From: a virus | Taxonomy: Duplodnaviria > Caudoviricetes | Length of the DNA stretch: 31,011 nucleotides | IMG/VR virus record: IMGVR_UViG_3300048599_000870 | Location: 1 to 31,011 of that record | Strand: one strand, 5' to 3' | Shown: positions 8,720 through 17,174 of the stretch, in pieces | Position numbering within the stretch: the stretch's first letter is position 1 | Layout of the letters: the number at the start of each line of letters is the position of its first letter | Program-made: the position numbers and the translations under genes | Notes under the pieces: generated by a model | The model's input: the letters and a program-made list of their open reading frames with translations, nothing else | The model's database searches: none | What the model was told of the DNA's origin: nothing

Positions 8720-9122
8720 GGAAGGCGCGCGGATGAAGATCGAAATCGAGATGGATGCGGAAGCTGCCGTGGCGCTTGCGGCGCTGATCCTGCGCGCGGA
8801 TCAGTGAGGATGGATACAACCGGTAATTTCGTTGCAGCGCGGGAGTAGGTGCCTGACCATTCTTGGGTTGTAGCGAACGGCGCGAATATTACTGGCAGTT
8901 GCGTGCGGAGTGAAGATGGCAATATGCCTCTGCGATCAGACACAACTTGGCGTTGACGGGAGCGATTGGCACAATAGGGTTCCCCTAGTTTGGTTTCATT
9001 CGAAACAAAACTACATCCGGGGGAAATGTAATGACGAACGAGCCCAGTCCGGCCGTCGTCCCGGCGGCCGAAGAAACTATCTCTGCCGAAATTCTGGAAT
9101 TCCCGATCGCGAAGAGAAAGCG

Positions 9123-9356
9123 TCATGCCCGCACCTCTTCGGGGCGGGCAGCGAGACGAACGAGGAGATCGGCCGTGACGCCGGCACCGCGCGCTTTCTC
9201 CGAAGCGAGAACCGACGACCACCACTCGTCAGGAATGCGGTCACGCTGCGCCCATTTGCGCGTCGCGTGGACTGGCGCACCGATCTCTGCGGCCATGGCG
9301 GCCGGTGAAGCCCAGAGGGCCACGATGTCGCTGAACGATTTAGGCTCAAGAATCAT
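9123..9356 (-). CDS. cro: Cro-like HTH protein
   Basis: SFSDIVALWASPAAMAAEIG...RKWAQRDRIP..WW; divergent from repressor across the operators. Confidence 0.8.
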   Translation of the reverse strand: MILEPKSFSDIVALWASPAAMAAEIGAPVHATRKWAQRDRIPDEWWSSVLASEKARGAGVTADLLVRLAARPEEVRA

Positions 9357-9365
9357 CGAATCAGA

Positions 9366-9432
9366 AATAAGACAATTTGTCTTATTCGGCAAGGCCAACG
9401 TGTCTCATGACTGTGGAAGACAATTTGGCCTG
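9366..9432. promoter_or_regulatory. OR-like operator triplet, consensus TAAGACA-N3-TGTCTTA
   Basis: Palindrome AATAAGACAA-T-TTGTCTTATT 9366-9386; degenerate copies AAGGCCAACGTGTCTCA 9391-9407 and GAAGACAATTTGGCCTG 9416-9432. Confidence 0.85.
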
Positions 9433-9441
9433 AATCTGCGG

Positions 9442-9744
9442 ATGGAAACCGCACCCGCCGCAACTGACTACAGAGACCACTATTGTGCCCGGACCAGGCT
9501 CGCTCGGATCGCGGCCGGTTACAGCCAAGAGCAAATGGCGACCCAGCTCGGGATGGAGCAAAGCAAATACACCAAGTACGAGGGGCGATCTCTGCTGCCG
9601 CAGCGCTATATCGAGATTTTTTGCCTGGCTACACGGATCGAGGAACGTTGGTTGATCACAGGCAAGGGCCGAGGTCCGGCCACACTGACCAATCCAGCGC
9701 CGAAGCCGCCCCGTCGACCGAGACGCCAGCCAAAAGCGGCATAA
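9442..9744 (+). CDS. cI: XRE-family HTH repressor (CI-like), 100 aa, no S24 peptidase domain
   Basis: RTRLARIAAGYSQEQMATQLGMEQSKYTKYEGR...WLITGKG; flanked by operators on both sides. Confidence 0.85.
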   Translation: METAPAATDYRDHYCARTRLARIAAGYSQEQMATQLGMEQSKYTKYEGRSLLPQRYIEIFCLATRIEERWLITGKGRGPATLTNPAPKPPRRPRRQPKAA

Positions 9745-9759
9745 TCCGGCGATAGAATC

Positions 9760-9803
9760 TAAGACATTTTGTCTTGACAGACTAAGACATATTGTCTTAA
9801 GGA
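9760..9803 (+). promoter_or_regulatory. OL-like operator pair overlapping a PL-like promoter
   Basis: TAAGACATTTTGTCTTG 9760-9776 and TAAGACATATTGTCTTA 9783-9799; TTGACA -35 hexamer at 9774-9779. Confidence 0.85.
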
Positions 9804-9864
9804 TGGAGCCAACTCGAATCCGGTTGGCCCCATGGTCGTTTACGCCGATGCTTCACGTGAAGCC

Positions 9865-10296
9865 CTAGCCGCGCCGCTTGGCGGGCGCGGTGGACGGCGG
9901 CCGGTAGCTTTCCTCTATTTCCGGGAAGGGCTCGTAGGCGGCGGTCGAGCAGATCATTCCAGCATATTGCTGATCGGCCGTGGTGATCACGCCACCGCGA
10001 AACACGAAAACGGTATCCTTGGCACCGGTGTAGCCACCCATCCGGTTCTTGGCATTGGCCCGAACGCAAACGCTGTTCATGGCACCCAAGAAAGAGACGC
10101 CAGGGATCGGTGCCGAAATCTGGGCATCCCGAACAGTATACGGATCGAAGAAGGTCTTCCGCACCTCGGCGGCGACCTGCTCTCGATAGTTCGGCGGCAT
10201 CGGATCGCCGCCCGAGGCCTGCTGCCCCGACCCCGTCGTCTGATTGCATCCTACCAGCGCCAGCGCGCAGGCAAATATTCCGGCCATTCTGATCAT
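9865..10296 (-). CDS. Lipoprotein, candidate superinfection exclusion or lysogenic conversion protein
   Basis: Signal peptide with lipobox LVG-C; FFDPYTVRDA...VCVRANAKNRMGGYTG; antisense to the early operon beside cI. Confidence 0.8.
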   Translation of the reverse strand: MIRMAGIFACALALVGCNQTTGSGQQASGGDPMPPNYREQVAAEVRKTFFDPYTVRDAQISAPIPGVSFLGAMNSVCVRANAKNRMGGYTGAKDTVFVFRGGVITTADQQYAGMICSTAAYEPFPEIEESYRPPSTAPAKRRG

Positions 10297-10396
10297 GGCA
10301 GACCCCTCCCTTCCTTACCCCTGTCCCTGCCTCTCCGGGCGGTTGTGCGGGGTGGAGAATACCACCTTTCTAACGGAGCGTGAACGGAGACCGCCG

Positions 10397-10771
10397 ATGG
10401 CCCAGCCAGCGCGCATTCAGACCATTGTCGCCAGCAAGCGGCTTCAGCAGGCAGGGCTAATCGTCCGCCTGACCAAGCGCGGCGGCGGCCTTCGGATTTT
10501 CACGGGCGAGGAAGCCTCGCCGCTGACATGGAAGCTTATCGGCGGCTTGCGGATCGCGAGCGGTGGCGTGAACGCGGCAGCCTTGGGCCAGATCATCCAG
10601 CGCCAGGACGACGAGGAATATCTCGCCAAGCTTGATGCCGCGATCGATGAGAACTCACGCGATGCCGCGCAGGCAAAGAGCGAGGCGGAGCGCCGAGGCT
10701 ATTGCGAGAACATCGAACATATCGAGACCGAGCGTGACCGCGTGCTCGACCGCCTTTCCACTGGAGCGTGA
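10397..10771 (+). CDS. Hypothetical early protein
   Basis: ATG 10397 with GGAG RBS; helical C-terminus. Confidence 0.7.
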   Translation: MAQPARIQTIVASKRLQQAGLIVRLTKRGGGLRIFTGEEASPLTWKLIGGLRIASGGVNAAALGQIIQRQDDEEYLAKLDAAIDENSRDAAQAKSEAERRGYCENIEHIETERDRVLDRLSTGA

Positions 10772-10776
10772 ATCCC

Positions 10777-10914
10777 ATGCGCCTCGCCAGAAGCTTTCGC
10801 CATGAGATTCCAGCCTTCCTCGACCGGGCTTCCTATTTCGCCGTGATGGCAGGGGTCGCGATGATGGCGTTCTGCGTCGCGGTTCTGGTCGTGCTGCTGA
10901 TCGGGGGCGAGTGA
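10777..10914 (+). CDS. 45-aa single-TM protein (not in ORF track)
   Basis: MRLARSFRHEIPAFLDRASYFAVMAGVAMMAFCVAVLVVLLIGGE; GGAG RBS and GTGATG overlap. Confidence 0.6.
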   Translation: MRLARSFRHEIPAFLDRASYFAVMAGVAMMAFCVAVLVVLLIGGE

Positions 10915-11312
10915 TGGCGAAGACCTTGCCGCTGACGACAACCAAAGCGGTCGGTATCGATAAGATGCTCTATCCTCGCATCGAGGAATACTTCCGGCAT
11001 CCGCACCGGAAGGACCTGAAGCCAAAGCTTTTCATTTCCAGGATTTCGATCGGAGACAAGCGCGAAGTCCTACAGGGCGACGGCCATAGCAATCAGGTTG
11101 TCGCGCTCTGCATCACGCCTGAGATCGCGCAGCGCTTCGTCACCGCCGTCAACGCGCACGATGCCCTGCTGGCAGCCGCAGAGCGCGTCTTGGCTGGTCT
11201 CCATGCCAGGATCGAAAAGGCTGCAGCGAATGACGAGCCGCATCCGGTATTCGACGGCATCGGGGACCTATACGCCGCCGTCTCCCGCGCCAAAGGTTGG
11301 GGAGAGGCGTGA
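10911..11312 (+). CDS. Hypothetical early protein
   Basis: AQRFVTAVNAHDALLAAAE motif common in phage early proteins; coupled overlaps. Confidence 0.7.
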   Translation: MMAKTLPLTTTKAVGIDKMLYPRIEEYFRHPHRKDLKPKLFISRISIGDKREVLQGDGHSNQVVALCITPEIAQRFVTAVNAHDALLAAAERVLAGLHARIEKAAANDEPHPVFDGIGDLYAAVSRAKGWGEA

Positions 11313-11731
11313 TGAGCGAAGCCTTCCTGATCGGCGGCGGCCAGATCCATCGCATCGAAGGGCAGCGCGGCGAAACGCCAGCATGCCACGATGCCAAGTT
11401 CAAACGCGGCGATGTGGTGAAGGTGCGGCGTAACCGAGCCGTCGGACACTTTCCGGAAGAACTGATTGTACTGGTCGCGGTACCGGCCGGTTTTTCGCCG
11501 GACGATGCGATGGCCGATCTCCTGGGCGAACCCCGGCCCTTCATGAAGCAGGTCGGTAGCCGTACGATCACCTACATCCTTTGCAGAGAGAATGATCCGA
11601 CCGCCTACACATGCCGTGAACGCGATCTGCTTCCGAGCGGCAAAGCGCCGGTCGAGATCGGGACCTGCCGCCGTGAGACCGAAGAAGAGAAGGCGGCGCG
11701 AGCAAAGAATGAGGATCGTCAGGATGCGTGA
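11312..11731 (+). CDS. Hypothetical protein
   Basis: ATG 11312 in TGATG overlap; KFKRGDVVKV KOW-like start. Confidence 0.7.
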   Translation: MSEAFLIGGGQIHRIEGQRGETPACHDAKFKRGDVVKVRRNRAVGHFPEELIVLVAVPAGFSPDDAMADLLGEPRPFMKQVGSRTITYILCRENDPTAYTCRERDLLPSGKAPVEIGTCRRETEEEKAARAKNEDRQDA

Positions 11732-12026
11732 AATCGTCTGCATCGAAATCTCGTTCCCGGTCGCGGTCGAAGTCGATCAAAAGCATCTGCAAGCGATTAA
11801 CGAAATTCTGGTCGAGATCGCGCGCGACTATGAGGCCAAGCACCCCGGGCGGATCATGTGGCCATTCGGTCATGGTTCCAAGATGTTGGTGCATCCGATA
11901 ATGCTGTCGGACGACGAACCAATCCGGTTCGATGACAGCGTCTACTCCATCGAAATGGCAGAGCGTGAGGCCTACGAGGGCGAACGCAATCACCTAACTC
12001 AACCTTCCGGTGACCGCGTTGCGTAA
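11724..12026 (+). CDS. Hypothetical protein
   Basis: ATG 11724 with GAGG RBS overlapping upstream gene. Confidence 0.65.
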   Translation: MREIVCIEISFPVAVEVDQKHLQAINEILVEIARDYEAKHPGRIMWPFGHGSKMLVHPIMLSDDEPIRFDDSVYSIEMAEREAYEGERNHLTQPSGDRVA

Positions 12027-12366
12027 CGCCTCACCACAGCAGCAGGCAGAGGGGATGAATCCTCCCCACGAGGGTCTGCTTGCTGCTGCATTCTTTCGCG
12101 CACAGCCGGAGGCTACTCGCGCAACGCGGCCGGTCGGATCGGGGAGAATGTCGAATGCTCCGGCGTACCTGGTCGGCCGCGATTTTTCTTCAGCGATTTC
12201 GATTCACAAGAACGGAGGCCGCCATGACATAGGACCGGGCCGCGCCATGTTCGCGCCGGGAGCCGGTCGTGAAACCATAAGCTCAACATTTACTGAAGAG
12301 ACGGCCGGCGCATGTCGAGTGCGACCGGCCGTCGCCGTTTGTCCCGTAGCGTTGTGGAGTTGCGTC

Positions 12367-12978
12367 ATGTCCCATTATCCGGCGATCCGAATTTCTGTTT
12401 CACAACTGGCGCGCATGAGCGATGCGCAGATCCGCGCGATGGATGCCGCAGCCATGGGGCTGCCGGCACCTGCGAAGCCGATCAAGCCCGCGCGGCGTCA
12501 TATCGAGATCGAGGATCTTCCGAATGCGGCGCAGGCCGCGCTGGTCTCGATCTCGTTTCATCCGATATGCAGGGCGGTCAGCGAGAAGCTGAAGCAGTCC
12601 ACGGTGCGGTTCGGCCGCACCGAATTCACGCTGTTGCGCGAGCTCGGTCTCGCCGAGCGCAAAGAGGACTCGATCTATCATCGCCTCACCGACGACGGCA
12701 GAGGCTATGCCGTCCTGGTCGGGCAGCGCATCGCGAAAGAGATCGGGCTTCACGCCACCTGGACGGAATCCATCTCCTACAAATACGAGATCACCCATTG
12801 CACTTGCGGGGTGTCGTTCCGGCTCTATAGCGGCAAACTGTCATCTGCGCGGGCGGTCAACGAACGCATCCAGCGGCATCTTGCGGAAGCCGCCGGCGGC
12901 GCGCCGCGGCCCGGCGCCCAGAGCCCGGCGATGGCGCGGGCGCTGGCCGCGATCGCAAGGATCGGAGAAGGCGGATGA
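12367..12978 (+). CDS. Hypothetical protein, possibly winged helix plus CxC motif; start uncertain (frame open from 12010)
   Basis: LRELGLAE...HRLTDDGR wHTH-like; THCTCG; GGAG RBS before 12367. Confidence 0.6.
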   Translation: MSHYPAIRISVSQLARMSDAQIRAMDAAAMGLPAPAKPIKPARRHIEIEDLPNAAQAALVSISFHPICRAVSEKLKQSTVRFGRTEFTLLRELGLAERKEDSIYHRLTDDGRGYAVLVGQRIAKEIGLHATWTESISYKYEITHCTCGVSFRLYSGKLSSARAVNERIQRHLAEAAGGAPRPGAQSPAMARALAAIARIGEGG

Positions 12979-13796
12979 GTTACACGCCAGACATACTCCG
13001 TGATCTGAAATTCCGCGGGCCGGTGCGTTTCTCTGACGGCTCCGCCGGCTGGGCGCAGCAAGATTTCGAATGCATTTCGGAACCGCGATTCACCTATGCG
13101 TGGCAGCGTGAGGACTACAAGGATCGCGCCGGCCGCCAGTTTTACATGGTGGACGGCAAGGAAGTGAAAGACCTTGTCGAGGCCGCCGCGTTATTGAATG
13201 CGCCGGCCGATCCTGAAAGTCCGGCCGAAATCTGGAAGCGCCATGTAGCCGAGTTCAAGGGCTCGCCTTCAGTCGGATATACACGCGTCTTGTCGGAGGC
13301 GCGCTGCAATGCCGAAGTCGGCCCCTTCGGCCAGATACGCGCCTTCATGGAGCGCGCCGGCGGGGCATGGCACGGCGGCATCAACAAGGTTTCTGACGAC
13401 GTGCGCAAGGCCGGCGAAGAATGGCCGCGATGGCTCTACAACGTCAAAAGCGCGACCTATGAAATGTTCCGCCTCATGTGGCTTTGGGAGGCGGACCGAA
13501 AGATGGACACTGGCCTGCGCTGCGCGCTTGGCGTTCGTTGTCGCGATTGCTCAATCTTGAAAACCATCGAAGCGTCGATGATTGCAGACCGCGAGCCGCG
13601 CGGCATCCTTGGTCCGAAAGAAATCTGGAACAAGGACATCGATGCAGCGAAGACCATGACCTGCATCGGCCACGCCCTGATAACCGCACCCGATCTGCAT
13701 TGGGAGGGCTTGCTCGGGACCGACCAGGACCGGAAACACGTCGAGGCGGAAGGCGCAATGTTGGCATCACTCTATAGCGACGGAGGCCGGCTATGA
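12975..13796 (+). CDS. Hypothetical protein, 273 aa
   Basis: Long ORF with ATGA overlaps at both ends; C-x5-CxxC cluster. Confidence 0.8.
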   Translation: MSYTPDILRDLKFRGPVRFSDGSAGWAQQDFECISEPRFTYAWQREDYKDRAGRQFYMVDGKEVKDLVEAAALLNAPADPESPAEIWKRHVAEFKGSPSVGYTRVLSEARCNAEVGPFGQIRAFMERAGGAWHGGINKVSDDVRKAGEEWPRWLYNVKSATYEMFRLMWLWEADRKMDTGLRCALGVRCRDCSILKTIEASMIADREPRGILGPKEIWNKDIDAAKTMTCIGHALITAPDLHWEGLLGTDQDRKHVEAEGAMLASLYSDGGRL

Positions 13797-13975
13797 CCAA
13801 ACCCCTCCTCTGCTCGCACGGTTGTTGCAGAGACGAAGCGGTAGGTTTCACCGCCAATGGCGATCCGGTCTGCGAGGATCATTTCAGCGATGCTGAAGAG
13901 GCATCTGACCTGTTCGATGACGATCCGGCGGAGCGTGAGCGCGAAGCCTTCATGCGATTGGCGAGGGCACATTGA
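13793..13975 (+). CDS. Small zinc-finger-like protein
   Basis: CSHGCC...PVCEDH with acidic tail; GGAGG RBS. Confidence 0.65.
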   Translation: MTKPLLCSHGCCRDEAVGFTANGDPVCEDHFSDAEEASDLFDDDPAEREREAFMRLARAH

Positions 13976-14106
13976 TGTACCGCCCGAAGGTCCCATGGAT
14001 TTGCGATGCCTGCGACGCGCCATTCCTAGTCAGCGCAGGAGTCGTCCCGAATTTCTGTCCCTATTGTCGCTCAACAAAACTTTCGCGGGCGGAGACGAAA
14101 CGATGA
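13975..14106 (+). CDS. 43-aa zinc-ribbon protein (not in ORF track)
   Basis: MYRPKVPWICDACDAPFLVSAGVVPNFCPYCRSTKLSRAETKR; two CxxC; TGATG and ATGA overlaps. Confidence 0.7.
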   Translation: MYRPKVPWICDACDAPFLVSAGVVPNFCPYCRSTKLSRAETKR

Positions 14107-14495
14107 CCCGCCCCCACGAATTCACCGGAGCCATCAAGCGAGAGAAGTGGCGGGAATGCACCGGGCCTGATGGCATCGCACGCTGCGAGAATTGCACTGC
14201 ACCGCTTCGCCCCGGGAAATTCCGCTTCGATCACAAGACGCCGATCGCGCTCGGCGGAGAAAGCACCCTCGATAACTGCCAGCTTTGGTGCACCGCTTGT
14301 GACAGCACCAAAACCTACGGCCAGGACATCCCCCGCATCCGCAAGGCCGACCGGATGTCCAATGCCTATATCGGTCACAGACCGAAGGTGTTTAGGCCCC
14401 TGCCCGGCACTCGCGCGAGCGGGATTAAGAAGCCCTTGAGGCCCTTCGCCGATCCGCTCGACCGCCGCACCGGCCAGCCATGGAGGGGAAGGTGA
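14103..14495 (+). CDS. HNH endonuclease
   Basis: CENC...FDHKTPIALGGESTLDNCQLWCTACD. Confidence 0.85.
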   Translation: MTRPHEFTGAIKREKWRECTGPDGIARCENCTAPLRPGKFRFDHKTPIALGGESTLDNCQLWCTACDSTKTYGQDIPRIRKADRMSNAYIGHRPKVFRPLPGTRASGIKKPLRPFADPLDRRTGQPWRGR

Positions 14496-14920
14496 ACGCG
14501 CATGTCCCGGTAAAGCCGGGCCCTGACGACCCGATCCGGCTGAAGGTCGCGGCGGCGCTCGCTTTCCCCGACGGATCGATGACGGTTAGTGGATTGCGCC
14601 GGGAAGCGGCCCGTGGGCGGCTTGCCATCGACCGTGTCGCCGGGAAAGACTACACGACTCTGCGTGCCATCGAAGAAATGAGGGCTCTATGCCGCGTCCC
14701 GCCAAAGGCGCCCGTCTGTGGCTCAGGCCCGCACGGGACGACGATGAAGGACATCACGCCGCGACCTGGATCATCCGGGACGGAGGACGGCAATTTGCCA
14801 CTCGCTGCAGCGCGGATGATCGTGAAGGAGCTGAAAGAGCGCTATCCGACCACATCGCCCGCAAGTACCAGGCGCCGCGGCGCGACCGTGATCCCGCTGT
14901 CGTCCCGGTCGTCGACGTGA
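14480..14920 (+). CDS. xis: Excisionase-like DNA-binding protein overlapping int
   Basis: PIRLKVAAALAFPDGSMTVSGLRREAARGRLAIDRVAGKDYTTL; homologous to 16961..17368; true start may be GTG 14492. Confidence 0.7.
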   Translation: MEGKVNAHVPVKPGPDDPIRLKVAAALAFPDGSMTVSGLRREAARGRLAIDRVAGKDYTTLRAIEEMRALCRVPPKAPVCGSGPHGTTMKDITPRPGSSGTEDGNLPLAAARMIVKELKERYPTTSPASTRRRGATVIPLSSRSST

Positions 14921-15885
14921 TCGCGATCTATCTCAGGGATTGTGCGGACCGGCAGGCGCGGCCGGAAAAGCTGATCGAGCGGTGTACAAGGCTGATCGAT
15001 TTCTTCGAGGCCGACCGGCTGATCGATGTCCCGCGGCGAAGCACCGAATACGCCACCACGGTCACGAAGAAAGGCAAGACCCGCTCAGGCGGCGCCCGGC
15101 GCGATCTGGAGGACCTGCGCGCCGCAATCCGCCACCACGCCCGACAGGGCTATCACCGCGGCGAGATTCCCGTGGCGCTGCCCGAGAAAGGCCTGCCGCG
15201 CGACCGCTGGCTGACGCGGGAGGAAGCCGCGAAGCTGCTCTGGACGGTCTATCGCAAGCGGGAAAAACAGCGCGGCCAAGCCACCCGGAAGTGGACCATG
15301 CGCCATGTCGCAAGGTTCATGCTGATCGCGCTCTACACCGGCACGCGGGCCGGCGCGATCGCGGCGGCGAGCTGGCACGCCTCGTCGGGGCGATCCTACG
15401 TGGATCTGGATTCCGGGCTGTTCTATCGCCGCCGACAGGGCGCGCGCGAGACCAGGAAGCGCCAGCCGCCGGTGCCGCTGCCGGCGCGACTCCTTGCCCA
15501 CATGCGGCGCTGGAAACGCATCGACGCCCGCAAGGACAGGACCGAAGGCTATGTGGTCGAGCATCACGGCCAGCCGGTCGTCTCGATCAAGACCGCGATG
15601 AAGAGCGCCGTGAAACTCGCAAAGCTATCGCCCCCGGTGACGCCGCATACCTTCCGGCATACCGCGGCGACATGGCTGATGCAGCGCGGCGTGTCGTTGT
15701 GGCCGGCGTCGGGCTTCCTCGGCATGTCGGTTACGACGCTGGAGCGGGTTTATGGTCACCACCACCCCGACTATATGCGTCAGGCGGCCGATGCGATCAC
15801 GTCCCGTCCGGCCACCGCTCGGCCACAGATACCCCATGAACAGAACGCGAAAGACGCGGTCGAACGCAAACAAGGACGCCGATAA
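14689..15885 (+). CDS. int: Tyrosine integrase of the prophage
   Basis: LYTGTR, PHTFRHTAATW, FLGMS...YGHHHP catalytic motifs; ends 28 bp before att core. Confidence 0.95.
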   Translation: MPRPAKGARLWLRPARDDDEGHHAATWIIRDGGRQFATRCSADDREGAERALSDHIARKYQAPRRDRDPAVVPVVDVIAIYLRDCADRQARPEKLIERCTRLIDFFEADRLIDVPRRSTEYATTVTKKGKTRSGGARRDLEDLRAAIRHHARQGYHRGEIPVALPEKGLPRDRWLTREEAAKLLWTVYRKREKQRGQATRKWTMRHVARFMLIALYTGTRAGAIAAASWHASSGRSYVDLDSGLFYRRRQGARETRKRQPPVPLPARLLAHMRRWKRIDARKDRTEGYVVEHHGQPVVSIKTAMKSAVKLAKLSPPVTPHTFRHTAATWLMQRGVSLWPASGFLGMSVTTLERVYGHHHPDYMRQAADAITSRPATARPQIPHEQNAKDAVERKQGRR

Positions 15886-15913
15886 ATGCTGACGTTCGTG
15901 AAAGAGCAATGCG

Positions 15914-15958
15914 CTCATAACGGTCTGGTTGCAGGTTCGAGTCCTGCCGGGCCCACCA
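15914..15958 (+). repeat. att core, 45 bp = 3' half of a tRNA with CAT anticodon (Ile2/Met type); prophage attR and satellite left end
   Basis: CTCATAACGGTCTGGTTGCAGGTTCGAGTCCTGCCGGGCCCACCA: anticodon loop, T-arm GGTTCGAGTCC, CCA end; identical copy at 27845-27889; no 5' tRNA half. Confidence 0.95.
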
Positions 15959-15962
15959 AGTT

Positions 15963-17174
15963 TTACTGAGCTTTTTTCGTTTTTTCGTCGCCCTCTAAGC
16001 GATTGACCAATGAAACGACCAATGGATCGTTCTGCATTGGTTTCTGATTTGGCTTGGCGTTGATCGCGGCGATCGCTCCCTGCATGAAATGGGGGTGATG
16101 ATGGCCGTAGGTATCGCGCAGCGTCTTTTCGCTCATCCCGAGGAAGCCAGAGGCCTCCCAAATCGGGGCGCCGCCCTGCATGCACCATGTCGCCGCGGTG
16201 TGCCGCAGCGTATGCGGCGAGGCGTGGTTGATGCCAGCGAGTTGGACAGCGGTCGCAAAGCCAGTCTTGACCGATTTAACCGCCTTTCCATTCCACTCAA
16301 CGAAATGATTGACCGCGATACGCTTCCGATGCCAGCGGCGCATATGCGCCAGCAGGCGCGGCGGGATCGGCACCGGCGGTTGCCGCTTGTTCGTCTCGCG
16401 CATGCCTTCGGCTCGGCGATAGAAAATACCGCGATCGAGATCGACGAATGATCGTCCTTCCCCTCGCACGGGCGAAGCGCTGGCGATCGCGCCGGCGCGC
16501 GTGCCGGTGTAAAGTCCCATCAGGACAAAGCGCGCGATATGCTGCAGCGGGCGCTTATCGGTCTCCAGCATGCGCCCTTTATCGGCGCCACGATGGCGCA
16601 CCTGCAGCTCGCGCTTGCGCCACGCGGCCCAAAGCAGCTTGGCAGCTTCCGAGCGCGTCAACCATCGTTCACGCGCCCTACCCTTTTCAGGCAAAACCAC
16701 CTTCACCACTTCGCGGTGATACCCTTCGCTATGGTGATGATTGATGGCCGCGCGGAAATCTTCCAGATCGCGGCGGGCACCGCCGCGCTTGCCTCGCTTC
16801 TTTTCATATTCCCGACATCGATCGCCGTTGATCATATCAAGCATATCGTTGCCGAAAAAATCATTCAGCCGACCAATGCGCTTGCGAAACCTCGGTTGCT
16901 TGTCATCTGGGTCTTTGAAATCGAGATATATCGACAGCACATCGGCCAGAGGAATCTGGTCTAGCGAGCGCTCTTTGCGCGCCGGCTTGTATTTGCTGGC
17001 AATGTATTCGGCGAGCCTTTGCTGTGCGCGCTCAATTTCGCTCGCAAGGCATCCCGTGGCGACATGCTTGCTTCCATCGATGATGATCCAGACGGCGGCA
17101 GCGCGAAGCTTTCCTTCCTTGGTCCGGCGAGCGGGACGAAGCCACAATCTTGTGCCTTTGGCCTTTGTTGGCAT
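15963..17174 (-). CDS. int: Tyrosine integrase of the satellite
   Basis: LYTGTR, PHTLRHTAATW, FLGMS...YGHHHP; clear homologue of 14689..15885. Confidence 0.95.
   Translation of the reverse strand: MPTKAKGTRLWLRPARRTKEGKLRAAAVWIIIDGSKHVATGCLASEIERAQQRLAEYIASKYKPARKERSLDQIPLADVLSIYLDFKDPDDKQPRFRKRIGRLNDFFGNDMLDMINGDRCREYEKKRGKRGGARRDLEDFRAAINHHHSEGYHREVVKVVLPEKGRARERWLTRSEAAKLLWAAWRKRELQVRHRGADKGRMLETDKRPLQHIARFVLMGLYTGTRAGAIASASPVRGEGRSFVDLDRGIFYRRAEGMRETNKRQPPVPIPPRLLAHMRRWHRKRIAVNHFVEWNGKAVKSVKTGFATAVQLAGINHASPHTLRHTAATWCMQGGAPIWEASGFLGMSEKTLRDTYGHHHPHFMQGAIAAINAKPNQKPMQNDPLVVSLVNRLEGDEKTKKAQ

Larger units (their letters stand above)
1..15958. mobile_element. Lambdoid prophage, right part (replication, immunity, early genes, xis/int, attR); left end outside the window
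   Basis: Gene order rep <- methylases <- cro | cI -> early genes -> xis/int, ending at a tRNA 3'-half att site; tightly coupled ATGA/TGATG gene overlaps. Confidence 0.93.

Noticed and set aside
8242-9225. 327-aa ORF as a single gene
   Set aside because: Ser/Arg/Pro-rich shadow-like composition over most of its length and overlaps cro; only the last ~79 codons are tentatively kept
10371-10385. LexA box TAAC-N7-GAAC before the first early gene
   Set aside because: One mismatch in an 8-base motif is too weak without other support
12300-12340. Hairpin GACGGCCGG...CCGGCCGTC as terminator or ncRNA
   Set aside because: Stem is real but the U-tract is poor and it lies in an open frame; function cannot be supported
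15880-15958. Intact tRNA gene at the first att site
   Set aside because: Only the anticodon loop to CCA is present; upstream bases give no acceptor 5' strand, D-arm or full anticodon stem
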